DNA from: Styela clava
Lineage: Eukaryota
Length of the DNA stretch: 64,000 bases
NCBI RefSeq assembly: GCF_964204865.1
Contig: NC_135263.1
Coordinates: forward strand, 5,704,001-5,768,000
Direction: 5' to 3'
The translations under genes and the position numbers were made by a program. Shown one piece after another: positions 12,454-26,800 of the stretch (position 1 is its first letter; each line of letters opens with the position of its first letter). The notes beneath the pieces were generated by a model, which saw only the letters and a list, made by a program, of their open reading frames with translations, had not been told where the DNA came from and did no database searches.

Positions 12454-13695
12454 ATGGATCGATTGAGCAAAAAAATATTACAGAAAAATAGGCTTTTATT
12501 GGCACGATCATTGGACATCAGCGAACTCTTGCAATATCTGGTTCAAGAAGGAATTTTAAGCGATAGAATGGTTGAAAAAATCGAATCGAAATGCACGACT
12601 TTTGGTAAAAATGTCGCCTTTTTAAATATATTACCCACGAGAGGACCCCTGGCATTTGAAAAATTAGTAACTGGTTTAAAAGAGACGCAACAGGACTATT
12701 TAGCGGAGGCTCTGCAGTTTGACGAAGGTCCCCGAGATGAAAACTCGAACCTGCTCGAAGGACGCGACAGGACAGATACGAAATTCCACGCAAAAGAAAA
12801 TATTTTGACCTCAATGGAAAATCCCATAGACTCTCATGATGGTCCTAGCAATTTGTTGGTCGAAAAGTCCACACTAGAATTCTATCGGGGAAACTACAAC
12901 CGGGGATATAAGATGACGTCACGACCGAGAGGATATGCGCTTATCATAAATGTGACTGAATTCGACAACGGAGTTGATCTCCCGCAAAGACAAGGAGGAA
13001 ATTTAGATAAAGAAAATCTTGGATCCGTTTTACATCATTTAGGATTCGAAACACTTCTTGTGGAAAATCGTACTGCCTCAGAGATAAGCAGCTCTCTGGA
13101 GACGTTTGCGCGCAATGAAAATCATAAATCACGCGACGCTTGCGTCGTCGCCCTCCTTACCCACGGACAAGAGGGAGTTGTCTATGGCCGCGATGGGAAA
13201 ACACTAGTGATTGAAGATATAATATCCCTTTTCGACAATGCTAATTGTCCGAATTTACGGAACAAACCTAAAATATTCTTTGTACAAGCGTGTCGAGGGG
13301 ATCTCTATGACAGGGGAATCGATGAGATCGACGGAGGCGCAAAGATCAGAAAATCTCGGTGCACAACGTCGACGTTTGATTACAGCTTTGACGAACCTCG
13401 TCTTCCTACACGATCGGACATGCTATTTGGATATGCAACTCAGCGAGGGCAAGCGGCAATGCGCAACACTCATCATGGAAGTTGGTACATCGAAGCACTT
13501 GTAAAAGTGTTAGCGAAAAACGCCAAGAACCACGATCTTGCAGAAATGCTGACATCGGTAAATAGCGTCATCAAAGGAATGCAGTGTCACTCGCCTGGAT
13601 CGGACCTTCACAATTGCAAGGAAATGCCCATATTCCACAGCACCTTATGCAAGAAATTGTATTTATTCCCTGGAATATTTCAGAATAAAAAATGA
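12454..13695 (+). CDS. CASP2: Caspase-2 (CARD + p20/p10), intronless, 413 aa
   Basis: CARD (KNRLLLARSL..SELL..LNILPTRGP), DSHDGP prodomain site, LLTHG catalytic His, QACRG catalytic Cys, linker DRGIDEIDG, RLPTRSDM, AAMRNT..GSWYIEAL and LYLFPG. These are caspase-2-type motifs. Confidence 0.93.
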   Translation: MDRLSKKILQKNRLLLARSLDISELLQYLVQEGILSDRMVEKIESKCTTFGKNVAFLNILPTRGPLAFEKLVTGLKETQQDYLAEALQFDEGPRDENSNLLEGRDRTDTKFHAKENILTSMENPIDSHDGPSNLLVEKSTLEFYRGNYNRGYKMTSRPRGYALIINVTEFDNGVDLPQRQGGNLDKENLGSVLHHLGFETLLVENRTASEISSSLETFARNENHKSRDACVVALLTHGQEGVVYGRDGKTLVIEDIISLFDNANCPNLRNKPKIFFVQACRGDLYDRGIDEIDGGAKIRKSRCTTSTFDYSFDEPRLPTRSDMLFGYATQRGQAAMRNTHHGSWYIEALVKVLAKNAKNHDLAEMLTSVNSVIKGMQCHSPGSDLHNCKEMPIFHSTLCKKLYLFPGIFQNKK

Positions 13696-13975
13696 AGATG
13701 ACGGGTTTTCTGCCACCAAGCACAATGGTTGAACAGATAAAGCCTCTTCGACAAATCCATGAATCAAACTTTTCCTACCTTTTATTCCTCTTGAAGAAAC
13801 CTTTCTTTCATTCTAACTCATTGTAGAAGATATTGTTCAAACCCTCACTCTAGTATTTAATATATAGCAATGCTTAATTTTAACAAAAATTTTATTTAAA
13901 AAAAAGTCTATTTTACGAATACAAAACATGTAATCATGAAAAATTCTGTTTTTAATAGCTTACAAAAAGCAGCAC

Positions 13976-16838
13976 TAGAGATGTACCGATACCACTTTTT
14001 TCGCCGATACCGATACCGATCCGATACCAACTAAAAACGCCGATACCGATACCGATACGCCGATACTACAAAAAGGCCGATACTACCGATATTCCGATAC
14101 CGATACTATGTAATTATTACTTAATTAGGTGTGCTGTGTAGGGCAGACGGGTTAAAACAATGGTCTTTGAGCGTTGTTCATAGCACACATTATTTCAGAT
14201 CGAAAAAGAGATATATCACATAATATGAAGTTGATGTTTGGCATCCAGATGCTTTAACTGATTAAGATACAGGCTAGTAATCTCGGTGTTCAATTAGAAA
14301 AATCCTGATCCGGGATGTCCAATTCAGATTTATTGTTAATATCGCGACCTTCGAATATCGTTATTCATGTTTAAAAGAATATCGCCCACACATTCTAGCG
14401 CCGCCGTCCTACGTTCAAATTAAAAGCATTTTACAAATATTTTATTTTGTGGCTAATCGTAATCGTCGCCGCAATAAAACAAAGCCAACATGAAAGAATA
14501 TCAATCAGCACCGACAAGAAGAAGGCCTACCTATAACCGTCGAGGAGGTTTTTTCACTTTACTATTTTATATTATTTTACAATTGCTATCATATATTTTG
14601 AGACAATCTAGTCTAACTCTAGGCGGTCATGTCAAAATATCTATAAAGAAATTGTGTAGTTAAACAAAATTAAAATTAATACCTGCGTAGACTGATAATT
14701 GTGTCGGAATTTAGTTTATCGATGTTGACGGACTAGGCTTGCACGTAATTGACAAAAATCAATTCCGTAATTACGGCCAAATCGATTACGTAATGACCCC
14801 GTAATTGCGATATTTTTTTCACACATTTAAACCTATCATAACAACCAATTTAATCCACTTCTATTCCGAATGGGACATCGGAGTTTGGTTTTCATATTCC
14901 CGGCAGTACTACACGCCGGCTACAGATGTTAAAGACAAATATCAATAAGTGAATTCAAAATAATTTTATTCTGATTTTTATCTTTTGTATTAGCTTTGAT
15001 TTTTTTTATCCACTTTATCACCAAATTTTATGCGATCAATTTTATCATTACCAACACTGGTAATATATTTAGGAAACGATAGTTCACTTTTTTAAAATCG
15101 TATTAACGTATTAATACGACTTAATAAAAATTCCGGGTTGCTAATTTAATAATCAACTACAAGCGTATTCTCTCGTTTGATTATACTTTCGCTTGCCTCG
15201 CGACGAAGACTTGTTATTTCACCGTTTTCTACAATATCCGACTTTACTACTTAGTTAGCATTTTATGATAATTATTGATGCCGACTTATTGACGATATTT
15301 CGAATTCCATGCTTCATTCTACATTAAATCATTTCGCGGCCTAAAAGTTATAACATTATTTGCGATAAATTTAGATCAAATATTAATTATTTGCGCATTA
15401 TTTAAAATACCGTACTTATATGACATGCCTTCTCTGAAAATACCAAGTTATGTCGCAAAACAATGCATTTTGTGACATTTATTTTGCACTCATGAAAATA
15501 TTAATTTATTTTTCTAACTCAAGTCGACAATCCTATTTGCCAAGATTGACACAAGTTTGGTCGAGTGCCGGTGGTATTCGAGTCGACGATAAATCAAAAT
15601 AAGTTGCCGCATTTGGTAAAGACAGGTAATCATATTTGGCCGACATATTGCGAGGCATTGTGAAAAACATATTGAGAAATGCCAAGTCCGGACAGATATA
15701 TAACGATAAAATCGGTAACAGAACATCAAGATTTTGTAATAGAAAATGGATCTCGCGCAGAAAAAACCCTGGGAATCCCGTCGTATTGTTGTTTCTCTGC
15801 CGTCTCAATCGCTTTACCGATGCCGAAAAGACGAAGTTGCGTCGGTTCATTACGCAATTTCTCTTCCGTCTTTATATTGCTGTTTGATAAGCGCGACATT
15901 AATTATCACGGCATTTACAAAAAGACCATGTTTTATAAGTTGATCTCTTACATTCTTTAGTCATTTCACCCGAAGAAGTTGAAACCAGGTGTGTTGACGT
16001 CCATCGGTCTCAACACAATTCTATTCTTTATCTACGGTTAATATGTACATTGGCCATCCTAGATAAGTTGATAATAGGTTAGTAAATGACGCGTTATGCC
16101 TTCCCCATCTGCCTAACAAGAGAGAAAAAAACGGCTGCGAATACCGGAACTCTAACTTCTTTTACTTAAACTTTAATTTTTTACAATCGACGGAATTGAC
16201 TGCTCTGAAGAGAGCTCGTTTCAATCGCGAAAGCGCTCGACCAATAATTACGACTTTACGTAATTCGTAACTTCCCTTCCGTAACTCGAAATAATTCCGT
16301 AATTCCGTAAATCCGTAAATTACGTGCAAGCCTATGACGGACTAAATGACAGTCGTTCTTGACGACAAACAGTCAGAATTTATACCCGTGCTAAAAGTCC
16401 ATGTGCCGTTAATAAGGACCCCAATTCTACTGTATGGTTTAAAACTGGGCGCCTACTTGCTTTTTGTTATGTGCTATGTTGACATATTTCTTCATAATTA
16501 CTATATAATATTAAAAATGTTAATATAAAAATTTGACAGCGAAAATAGCCAAATTAGTTGAGCTAGTTTGGCTGATAAATAGCTAAAAACATGTGAATCC
16601 TATTCTCTCGCGAGGGTGGGGACATGTATGGCTCATAGCTCACGATCTCTACAGACAAAAAATAAATTGAAAGTAGTATTCCAACTTATCTTTTAAAACA
16701 TTCTGGACCAAATCAAAAAGGTAAATATATCGGAAATATCGGCCTTAATCTAACCGATACCGATACATGGCCGATACCGAAAAAATGACCGATATTGCCG
16801 ATACCGATACCCGATACCGATACATCGGTACATCTCTA
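13976..16838. mobile_element. Non-autonomous hAT (Ac-like TAG...CTA ends) with CCGATA subterminal repeats
   Basis: TIR TAGAGATGTACCGAT / ATCGGTACATCTCTA; perfect 8-bp TSD AGCAGCAC (13968-13975, 16839-16846); CCGATA arrays at both ends. Confidence 0.93.
14734..16334. mobile_element. Second non-autonomous hAT nested inside the 13976-16838 element
   Basis: 17-bp TIR TAGGCTTGCACGTAATT / AATTACGTGCAAGCCTA; perfect TSD TGACGGAC (14726-14733, 16335-16342); subterminal CCGTAA repeats. Confidence 0.93.
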
Positions 16839-17148
16839 AGCAGCACTGGAAAAGGTATCTGGTAGAGACACTTATTAAACGATAAATAATTGGGAGGAAA
16901 TTGGTGGTCACCTGTTGTATTATAATACAATTAACTTGATAACCCAAAATCACTTGGGTAGGTAATTTAAGAGCCAGAGTGGCATTCGGCCTCGGAAAGC
17001 AAAAACGAACAAGGTGTTTCCCTCTTCCCAATGACATCTTAACCTGAATGCAGTTTTTTACTATTATCTATAAATCTTTTGCCATGGTCACATTTTTATT
17101 GCTATATCGCTGCTGTATAGAGCTAAATTGATCCCTGTAGCACGAGTA

Positions 17149-17639
17149 CCGTATATGCTCGTTTTACCGCCCGATCTAGTTTAACGGCCCGTGCTTGAAT
17201 ACCCACCTGATGTAAAATCTGATTTTTCAGTGGTAGACAACAATAGGAAATAAGAAGCGCTTTTGTCACAACGCTGTTGAATTTTAAGCACCGGTAGATA
17301 ACACTCACGCCTTAGGCGTCCAAGTACATAACAGATAGCATTGATTACATAACACCATGGTTTTCAAACTGGGCGTCGTGCGTCGTTTCAATATTGATAG
17401 GGCGTCGCAAAACTTTTCTTCTTTTGCGGATTTGTACCTGCGGTGCGTAGAAAAAGTCAAAATTTTCGCTATTCTCGTTTTAATCATACTTGAGAACTGG
17501 AAATAGCAATATATTATTTATTGTAACGATCGAAAATAACAAGCACCTGTGCTTGAATAAGGGACGGTTTGAATAAGGGCCCGGTTAGTGAGTTGGTTGA
17601 AAAAAACATGGGCCCGGGCTACAAAACGAGCAAATAAGG
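17149..17639. mobile_element. pogo/Tc1-mariner-type MITE
   Basis: Imperfect TIR CCGTATATGCTCGTTTTACCGCCCG versus reverse complement CCTTATTTGCTCGTTTTGTAGCCCG; TA on both flanks. Confidence 0.75.
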
Positions 17640-17806
17640 TATTTCAAACCTCTCCAACAATAATATGATTGTTGAACCCACTAGGAAAACACAAGACAAA
17701 GGCAGACAATTCTCTCCATTGGGCCACACTTAGGACAGAGACATAATCTTCTTCATTCTCAGTTGTATATCATTTTCATCATACTGAAACGTTGTCTCTT
17801 AAATTT

Positions 17807-20800
17807 TCAAGAAGTTGACTCTACTTGAGACATATCCACTCCAATTGCTTTCCTTATTCCATCAACATTGCTGACTTGTTCAGGTTGAGTGTGCTCGATC
17901 AAATCAGTCAATTCGCCTTGTAATTCGGAAGCTGAAAATCAAGTCACTTGATTAGAATATAATATCTTTCCCTATTCATAATTATTCTATACATCAAAAA
18001 TATTGGATGCTCCAGAAGTGTGCGTACCAATATGGAGGTACCGTACCTAATTTTGTTGGCCTATTATACATCATGTTGTGTAAAGGGACTGAAACCTATG
18101 GGCAAAAGGTATATTCACTTGGCTAACACAGACAGTCCCCAAACTAGAACTAAAAGAAAAATTGAAATAAAATTATGGCCTAACCCTACCTGGTACACAC
18201 ACTACGAGAGTACCTAGTGTGAATCAATCATATTTGGTCTATTTTCGATCGCTGTGGACACATCATGAGACAAGAATACTTAGTATAGTTCTGACTATAA
18301 ATTTCCTAATCCTTAGCCCACTTCAAGAGAATCATCGATAAAAAAAACCTAGTTTTTTTTTCAAAAGGTTTTAATGAGTTTTTTTTATTTATCACGCTTA
18401 ATAGTAAAAAGTTGGCAAACCTAAGTAAGAGAATGAATGCGTTCAAGAACTAGATGAATCATTCAATTTGCTAATTAATGTTGTTATTGCAAATATTACA
18501 TGGTGAAGGATTTCACTCATTGCTCTCAGAAGTCGTATAGGTGGGCCGGGCCAAGTTTGAGAGACCCTAGTGGCAACTTACCTATGGCAGTCTCTTCAAC
18601 AGTAGGTCCTTTTAAATTGGATTGACCGAGTGGTGGCTTTTCACTCAACCTCTCATTCTGTTTTTGTTCTAATTTAACAACAAGTTCGCCTGCTTTGTCC
18701 AATTTTTCTTGAATGGTGCTGAGCAAATAAAAAATAAAAAACAATCGGATGATTCTAAGGAGTGGAACATTAGTAGTGGCATCTTCAGCTGTTCATATTC
18801 AAATGTTTTTCTTGAAATTCATCACAAGTATTGATTTTCACTATTAATCAGAAATTCTAATTAAATTTTTACGAATTTGAATCTGGATTTTGGGTTAGTT
18901 GTTTAACCGTATTCATTTGTTTAATACTGTTGAACGGTTTAGAAATAGGGTAGTATTTTCATATTTATCCCAGGAAAGAGAAACTCTATAGCAAACCATG
19001 GTCTCATGTTTGCTTACCCGTTCACATCAGAGGTGAGAATAATTAACCAATAATTTCAGATGCATGGATAAATATCATAAGGCATAATTCAAACAAACCA
19101 TAGGCAAAGAGAGACAACTCACAACAACATTCTAATTTTCCATCATTCTATTGAGCACTAGTTTTATTGCAGAAGATTTAGATAGAAATCTCACCAAGTA
19201 GAAGGTTCTTCCTTGTCTGCTTCTTTTTTCACTTCTTGAGAAACTGGAAAATATACACAAGTTTTAATGATGCAAATGAACAACCAAAGTATTTTGAACT
19301 ATCTCTAGGTTTATATTTATATAATCTTTACAAATAGTTTGAAAATGCGTTTAAGCAGGTTATTTTCCCAATGGTTTATCTTATGCAAACCAGACAGCAA
19401 AGAAACAAGCAGCATTCTAATCTCACTGAAGATACTTGAATCAGAATAACTTAAATTAGCGAGTGCAGGATGTCACAGTCTGGAACAATGGATTAAACGA
19501 TCGAGGGCCGTGGATCATGAAATTTTAAGTTAGATAAAACGAGTGCTGGCAGGCTAGGTCGGAAGCACTCACTGTAGATCTCTAATAACGAGTTTATAAA
19601 TACAAAAAGAGTATGAAAATGCCATCTCTGAATTCAAAGAGAGAATATTATTATAGTGACTCATACTCACACTGTCCTATCTCAACTGCAGCTTGTTTTG
19701 CTTTTTCTGCTTCTTCCTAAATTTACAATACAATTAACAATTTTACTTCAAAAGGTTGAAAAAAATTTAGAAATTTTTAAAATTCAAAACATATGCCGAA
19801 AATAAACCATAAATCAATATAAACCATGATTTTGCTGTCGAATAAATTCAGTCAAAAGATTTGAAAACCGATTGTGCAAAGCAGGTTACAAAACTTCGAG
19901 AATATGGATATCCTTGACACAATTATACACAAAAAACAACAATTACCAATTTTCGTTTATTATCAATACTTTCAATTGCTCTCTTGTGAGCTCCATGAGT
20001 TAAAGTATCTAAAAGATCATCCACCATATTTATCAAGTCACTGTTGGAATCCTTCACAAAATGATGCAAGCTGGAAATATAATTCATTAGTCAGTTAAAT
20101 TCTCCTACCAACTCTACCATCACCCTAAAAAAACAGGTGAGGTAATTCACAGCAATTTTATTCTGTTTTCTGTTCTGTATTCATCCATACATACAAACAA
20201 TAGTTTACAATATAAGTGATTTTGGAGTTACCAAACACCTAAAATACTGTTCATATATAATTTTTTACAGAGGCATCCCAAGTCGTCACTCCAAATAAGA
20301 TGCTACACCCTACACAAGCAAATGAAAATGAATAAACAAAAAAATAGTGGGTGAATAACAATGTTTAAAATACCACAGTTTAAAACTTTTACAAGTCTTT
20401 TTGCACCACAACTGCTCTGAACAAGACTCTAAACGAATTGCCGCCAATTCCAAAACAAAAATTAATTTAAAAACTTAGTAAAGTAAAAGAAAACTTATGA
20501 TTATGTCGAAACATCATTCTTTCTACTGACACACGAGGACAATCCCAGAACTGCGTCAATTATGTGTACCAATATGGAGGTAAATAATTTTGTTCGCCTA
20601 CTTTACATCAAGTTGTGTAAAAGGACGGAAACCTACGGGCGGACGGAACGGAAACCTACGTATATTCACTTGGATAACACAGACATTTCCTGAACTCGTA
20701 ATGGAACTAAAATAAGGAAAATCGGAACAAAATTATGACCTAACCCAATACACACACTACGGGAGTACCCCCAAGAACAGCCTCGAGATGTTTAAATAAA

Positions 20801-23800
20801 ATACAAAATAAATAACCAGATCACCTAGAAAATTTGTTATTAAGAATTGAGAATAATATGAAAAAAAGTCAACGAACCTCTTGGCAAATAAATATTCAGT
20901 GTCTCCTCCATAAGCAGACAATAATAAATCACTTTCCTCCTGTGTTATATTTGCAACTCTTGAATCGTATGTCGGTGAAAATGACCCAAATGGTCCATAG
21001 CTTAAATATGTTACTGAGAATAAAACAAAATTGATTTTTGTTTGAAATTTGGAATAATGTTATAGAAATAGAAAAAAATAAATAGGATCGAAATGAGGTT
21101 TCACTGTCTTATTTCAGTAATAAGCACAGTAATAATAAGAATCCATATTTTAAGTCATTTTGGAATCTAGTTAATATTTCATTTTGTTTTTTCAGTTTGT
21201 TTTTTATGTTTTTGGCCCTTGGCATCCCATTGATTTTATTTTTTATAAAGTGTTCGTGTATCATCAAATCTAACACTTACAAGGAGTTACTCTATTCCTT
21301 TTATCCTCTTTAGCTTCAGGTAAGGCATCAAGTCCATTTGCTAATCGTCCAGTCAGTGTACCAAGATCAACAACATTACTTTCTGGGTCTAAAAATAGGA
21401 AATTTGTTTTAAATCATGAACTCAGAGGCAATCAGTTATGATCAATTTGAATTGACGACAGAAATCAAACAAAAAATTGGCGTTGAAAAATATTTTAGAA
21501 ATAAAATTTCGATTGGATTCTGATATGGTCTAGTTGCCCTTGCCACTTCAAGATATTTGAAATGATATTCTCAAATCGTGGCCCTAAAAAACAAAACCCA
21601 TGATTCTCTAAATTACTTATACGAAAATGAAGAAAATTTATTCAACATTTGAATATCTGTTTGTGAGGTTATTCCTGATTTTCTGAGTTATTCCTATTCC
21701 TGAGCTAGGATAGGATTCACATATTTATCCCAGGGGATGGAAAAACCGATAAGACTGCTTAATCATATGGCAAACCACGGCCTCTCGTCCGGTTACCAGT
21801 CCATGTCGGGTATGGGATTAGGTTTCGGAAGCATGGATTTGATGGTGGAGGAAGCCGTAACCGATCGTTCACATTTCTACCAACAAATAAAATATTTACC
21901 TGGTAAATCAGGATTTAGAAAATTAAATGTTGTTTTGCCAACTTCATCGATTCTGAGAAATCCCATCTGAAATATTAGAAACCAATAACAGAATTTTACT
22001 GAGTCCTAGAAATCGAGTTACGAACTTTGCACAAATAAAACCTCCTTGCTGAAACAATCAAACACAATTGTACATGGATATATTTATATCAAGATTCCAA
22101 ATGTTGTCTGATAACCATATGCCAAAAAATCTGCTTCCAGAAAATGAGAGAAACATAGGAAACATATAGGCTATTCTTAAATTTTTAACCCCTTGCAACT
22201 TTTCATTAAAAATATTTTGGTGAACTTTGCTTCAAACTATAATCAGCTTCAAGAACACTTACACCTTCAGAAAAATTTAAAATAAAAATTTTCACCCTTT
22301 TGCTTTAAATCCCTAGCTAATACTCGCCACTGAAGCCATCCCCAAAGGTCAGACTCATCTTGAAAAAATCTTCTAGTAATTTTGAGTCAATCAAATGGGT
22401 AAACATATACGCCAAACCATAAATAACAGAATACTGAATAGACAAGTTCTACCTTAGTTTTTGGACACATTTTATCCAATCTTTCTTTTGCTTCTTTAGC
22501 AGCTTTGAGTACATCAGGAGCAACAGTTTCTTCATTATCAGCATCTGTGAAACTTATCGCATCAGGATGTGCTCGGAGATCAAAACTAAAGAAAATAACA
22601 AATAATTGAGATCAAGGTCAGGTTATCATTTTATCCTAGGGAATGAAATCGATAATTTTAATCATATGGCACACTACAGCCTTCTGTTCGGTTTGCACAA
22701 AGTCCTGGTCATGTATGAAAATAGGTAACCAGTTACCGGTAATCATTCTGGATGCGGAGACTTGATGAATAGAAGTTCAGCAATCCTCCCGAACATATTT
22801 ACCCCGAGGCATATGAACCCAACAACCACCGCAAAGCAATAAGTAATGGCTAGGGCATCAATGACTCTTAGTATGATTAGCTGTCCAGTGAATTGACAAT
22901 TTGGGGGGATGTCAAATCTTCCTTCAAAACAAGGCGTAACTGATATGCATGGCTGCTTTATTCTAGTGTGGAAAGTAAGTATTGGTGCAGTGCAGCATAA
23001 CCAACGTATTCCACTCTGGGAGTCTGAACCTAAGATCATTATCTGACAATGTTAATATAGATACGCATTGCTTAACAGCAATTACAACAAGGCTACTTTT
23101 CATGGCGCTCCAGAAGTATGTGTACCAATGTGGCAGTAACTAATTTTGTTCGCCTACTTTACATCAAGTTGTGTAAAGGGATGGAAGCCTATGGGCAGGG
23201 GGTATATTCATTCGGCTAACACAGACAGTCGCCGAACTCGTAATAGAACTAAAATAAGGAATATCGGTATAAAATTATGGCCTAACCCTAACCTGGTACA
23301 CACACTACAGGAGTGCCTTTGTGAATTAGTTTTGAACTATAAGAATAAACAATGTAAAAAAAATGTTCTCATACTCTGATTCATCTGTGGAATTATCAGC
23401 TTTTGCTTGTTTTGTTGATATTTCACCAGGAATTGCTAATTCTGTACCAACTTCAACATCCATATCTGTTACATCAACCACATTGTCCTCCTGGAAAAGA
23501 ATTGCAGATATTAATAAGAGATCGCTCAAATTGCTAGGAAAGTAGCACTCTACCAATCTTTTCTGAACAATACTACAAAAACTTTTTATCCATATGTTTG
23601 TATGAAAATCTACTTTTTAAATAATAATCCGTTTTCGAATATTCATATTCATGCCCCTAATTTCATACAACTGACACATTCAAGAATAAAATAGGATTTT
23701 AATATTTTATGCCAGGGAAGAAAGTGAAAAACCGATAAGACGGCTTAATTCATGTGGTAAACCACTATCCCTCAGTTACCAGTCCATGCAGGGTTTGGGG

Positions 23801-26800
23801 ATAGTCAACCTGTTATTCATTTTAAATGCATGGACTTGATGGTGGAGGAAGTCGTACATGGCCAGTGGTTACATTTACAACCATATTACAGTCAGGAGTC
23901 CAGCAATCCTCTCGCATATATTAATAGCGCACAGGATTTAGAGTAATGGACAGCGTATTCCTAACGCTTAGCACAATGCACTAACCACCGCGATTCCAGA
24001 GATGAGTTGGTCAATTTGTATTCCAAAGCAAGAGTATATAATTTATGGTCTCACCTGAGGTATGGGTAACCCCATGATCAATGCACATTCAGCTTTACTT
24101 AGGTCATGAAGAAAACTGAGACTTCTTTTCATATTGAGTAGTCTTTCCTGAAATCAGAAAATTGGTTCAAATTTTTGTTTATAGTTAAATCAAGTGATAG
24201 TCAAATTATATAAATTCAAAAAGCTAGACCTGACTTATTTTGGAAATTTTCTCTGTAAACCAGCAGTAACTTATTTATATATATAATGTTGAAAGGACCA
24301 AAAGCAATTCAAATTTGACACTTTGTAACTCATGCACAGCAAAGGTAAGATATGTATTACATGCTGTACATCTCAAAATAATAAGTTAAAATGTGTCAAA
24401 TTTAAAATGCATTCAATGAAAAACCATATAAAACTGGGAGACAAATTCTGTAAATATTCAATCTATAATTTATTATTAGAACCATAAAGGGACAAATTAA
24501 AATAAATTTTTAAGTGATTCAGAGTCTAGCTACACGCTGACACAAATAATACATTTCTGTTACATTCATCTGATCAAAATAGGACTCATGTACAGATGAT
24601 AGTCAGCCTTACAGAAGCTCGATCAGCACTTTTTTGAAGAGAATTTTTCTCATGTGAGTAATGTTACCTTGCTCATTATTTTCAAACCAGCCGCCAATAA
24701 TTTCTTTGCACTTTCATAAAATATGGTTTCAGGACGATTGTACGTGCAGCAGTTCTCTATCATCAGTTTGAAGTCATCCTAAATTATAAGTAAAGTGGAA
24801 AAGTTAGAGTGGTAGAATTAGCTCAATATACAGATTTGAAGTATTTGAAAAGGCGTCAAAAAATCACCATTGAATTTGCGGATTTGAAGTATTTGAAAAA
24901 CTCAAAACATATCTTAATTCTGAACGCAAGAATAGAGAAAGTAAGTAGATATTCACTGAGTATGAACTTAATCAGTCGAACCATCGGAGCAAATTAACAC
25001 ATACAGTAAGACGGATGCAGTTGCTCAACGTTAATCAGTGCTTACAACACGAAGAATAATAATGTAATATGATGAGATCTAACAAAGTAGTCCAAAGTGT
25101 AACTAACCCTAAAATCATTGACATCATTATATTTATGTTGAATAATTTTCTTCCTAATTGTACTGAAGTCCATAGGTTGTTGAATAAAGTCAGAATATCC
25201 TGGTGCTATCATGTCGTTTACTGGCCATGCAAATATTTCATGTGGATCCTTCCTGCAGAATGTTACAATGTTATATTACAACTCAAAATAAATAAAAAAG
25301 AAATAAATTATCCACTATCCAAACTACCATAATCCTATAGAGAGGGGAGGGGTCTGTATGGGGCCGATACCAGTATGGGTAATTAAGATATGGCATATGG
25401 GTATATTTGAATTGTTGCGAATATACACGTATGCTAAAACTGTGATAATGACGTAACAATTGGGGGTATCTAGAATGCAAAAATAAAGTGTTAAACTATT
25501 TCACTCAAGTTCGGCGGGCCATATTAAATCGTTTCGCGGGCCGTAATTAGCACTGATATAATAGGATAGAACAAGCAATAAGCATATCAGGTCAATCGTA
25601 AGAAAATTAAAAATTAAATTTAAATTTAATTGATGATAAAATTGATCAAGTTGAACCATTGGCCAATCATTCCAAGTTATTTGACATGAGCAAGAATTTC
25701 CTAAGCTGATATGTGAATGCATTACCTTTCTAATTGCCTTAGCAAATGTTCCAATAATTTGTCTAAAGATTTTCTCATCAAATCTGAAAAGTAATTTTTA
25801 CTGGATTTAGAACATATTTGGTAGGCCTACTAGGATTTTAGGATTTAGGAATTTACATATATTTATCCTGACGGAGAGAAAATCTGATACGACGGCTTAA
25901 TCATATGGTGAACCACGGCCTCTAATCCAGTTACCATTCCATGTCGGGTATGGGATTAATCAGCCAGTTCTTTTGTTTTCCGAAGCATGAACTTTAAGGT
26001 GGAGTAAATGGTTACGTGAACCCAGGGTAACCAGAGGTGCGATGGCAAGAGTATTCCTAACGCTTAGCACGATGCACCACACTGCAGAGACAATACTATT
26101 TAGTTCTTAAAATGCTGAGTGCTTACAAAAACTTTTTGTTTCAGAAAAATATATGGTGGATAGATCGGTGTGGGCCTACTAAGTGCTAAACACCAATTTC
26201 ACAACTGTTCTGCCAGAGGTAGCAACAATTATCGCCAGTTAAAAGAGAATGAAGAGTGTTCCAGAGCTTCCAAGGAAAATATATGTGTACTGTTATGAAG
26301 ATACCAAAATATGGAAAATGGATCAAGTTCATGTAGCCTATTTATGTTTTCTGAAGCTTAAGACAAGTTCAAGTTTAAGTTATGTGAAAAGTAAAAAATC
26401 TGGCAAAGCAAAAACTTGACAATGATAAATGAAGTTACACCAGCTAATCGCGAGACTCCTTGCTGTTGTAAGGTGGTTCATGTAACATCTTGTCAGTTAT
26501 GGCTTACTCCACTATCAAGTCAATGCATCCAAAACAAATGACTGGTTAACTATTCTTATTTATGACATGAACTACCGGGTAGTAACTGGCCAAGAGGCCG
26601 TGGTTTTTCATATGAATAATAAGCTATCTATCTCACTTCACTCTGTGCAAACATGAAAATTCTATCTGTGATAGAACCACCAGGCAACAACACAACAACC
26701 AATCATCTATCACACCTATTTAACCAGATACATCAACTTCGTGTATAATACTATAATATTCGTATATAATACCTGTAAAAGCCATTGTTTTCTTGATAAT

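Noticed and set aside
13988-14107. CCGATA arrays (also 16755-16825) as CRISPR or satellite
   Set aside because: Short subterminal repeats of a hAT element in eukaryotic DNA; no repeat-spacer periodicity and no cas genes.
15514-15960. Five overlapping ORFs inside the nested hAT
   Set aside because: No transposase or other motifs; explained by locally higher GC.
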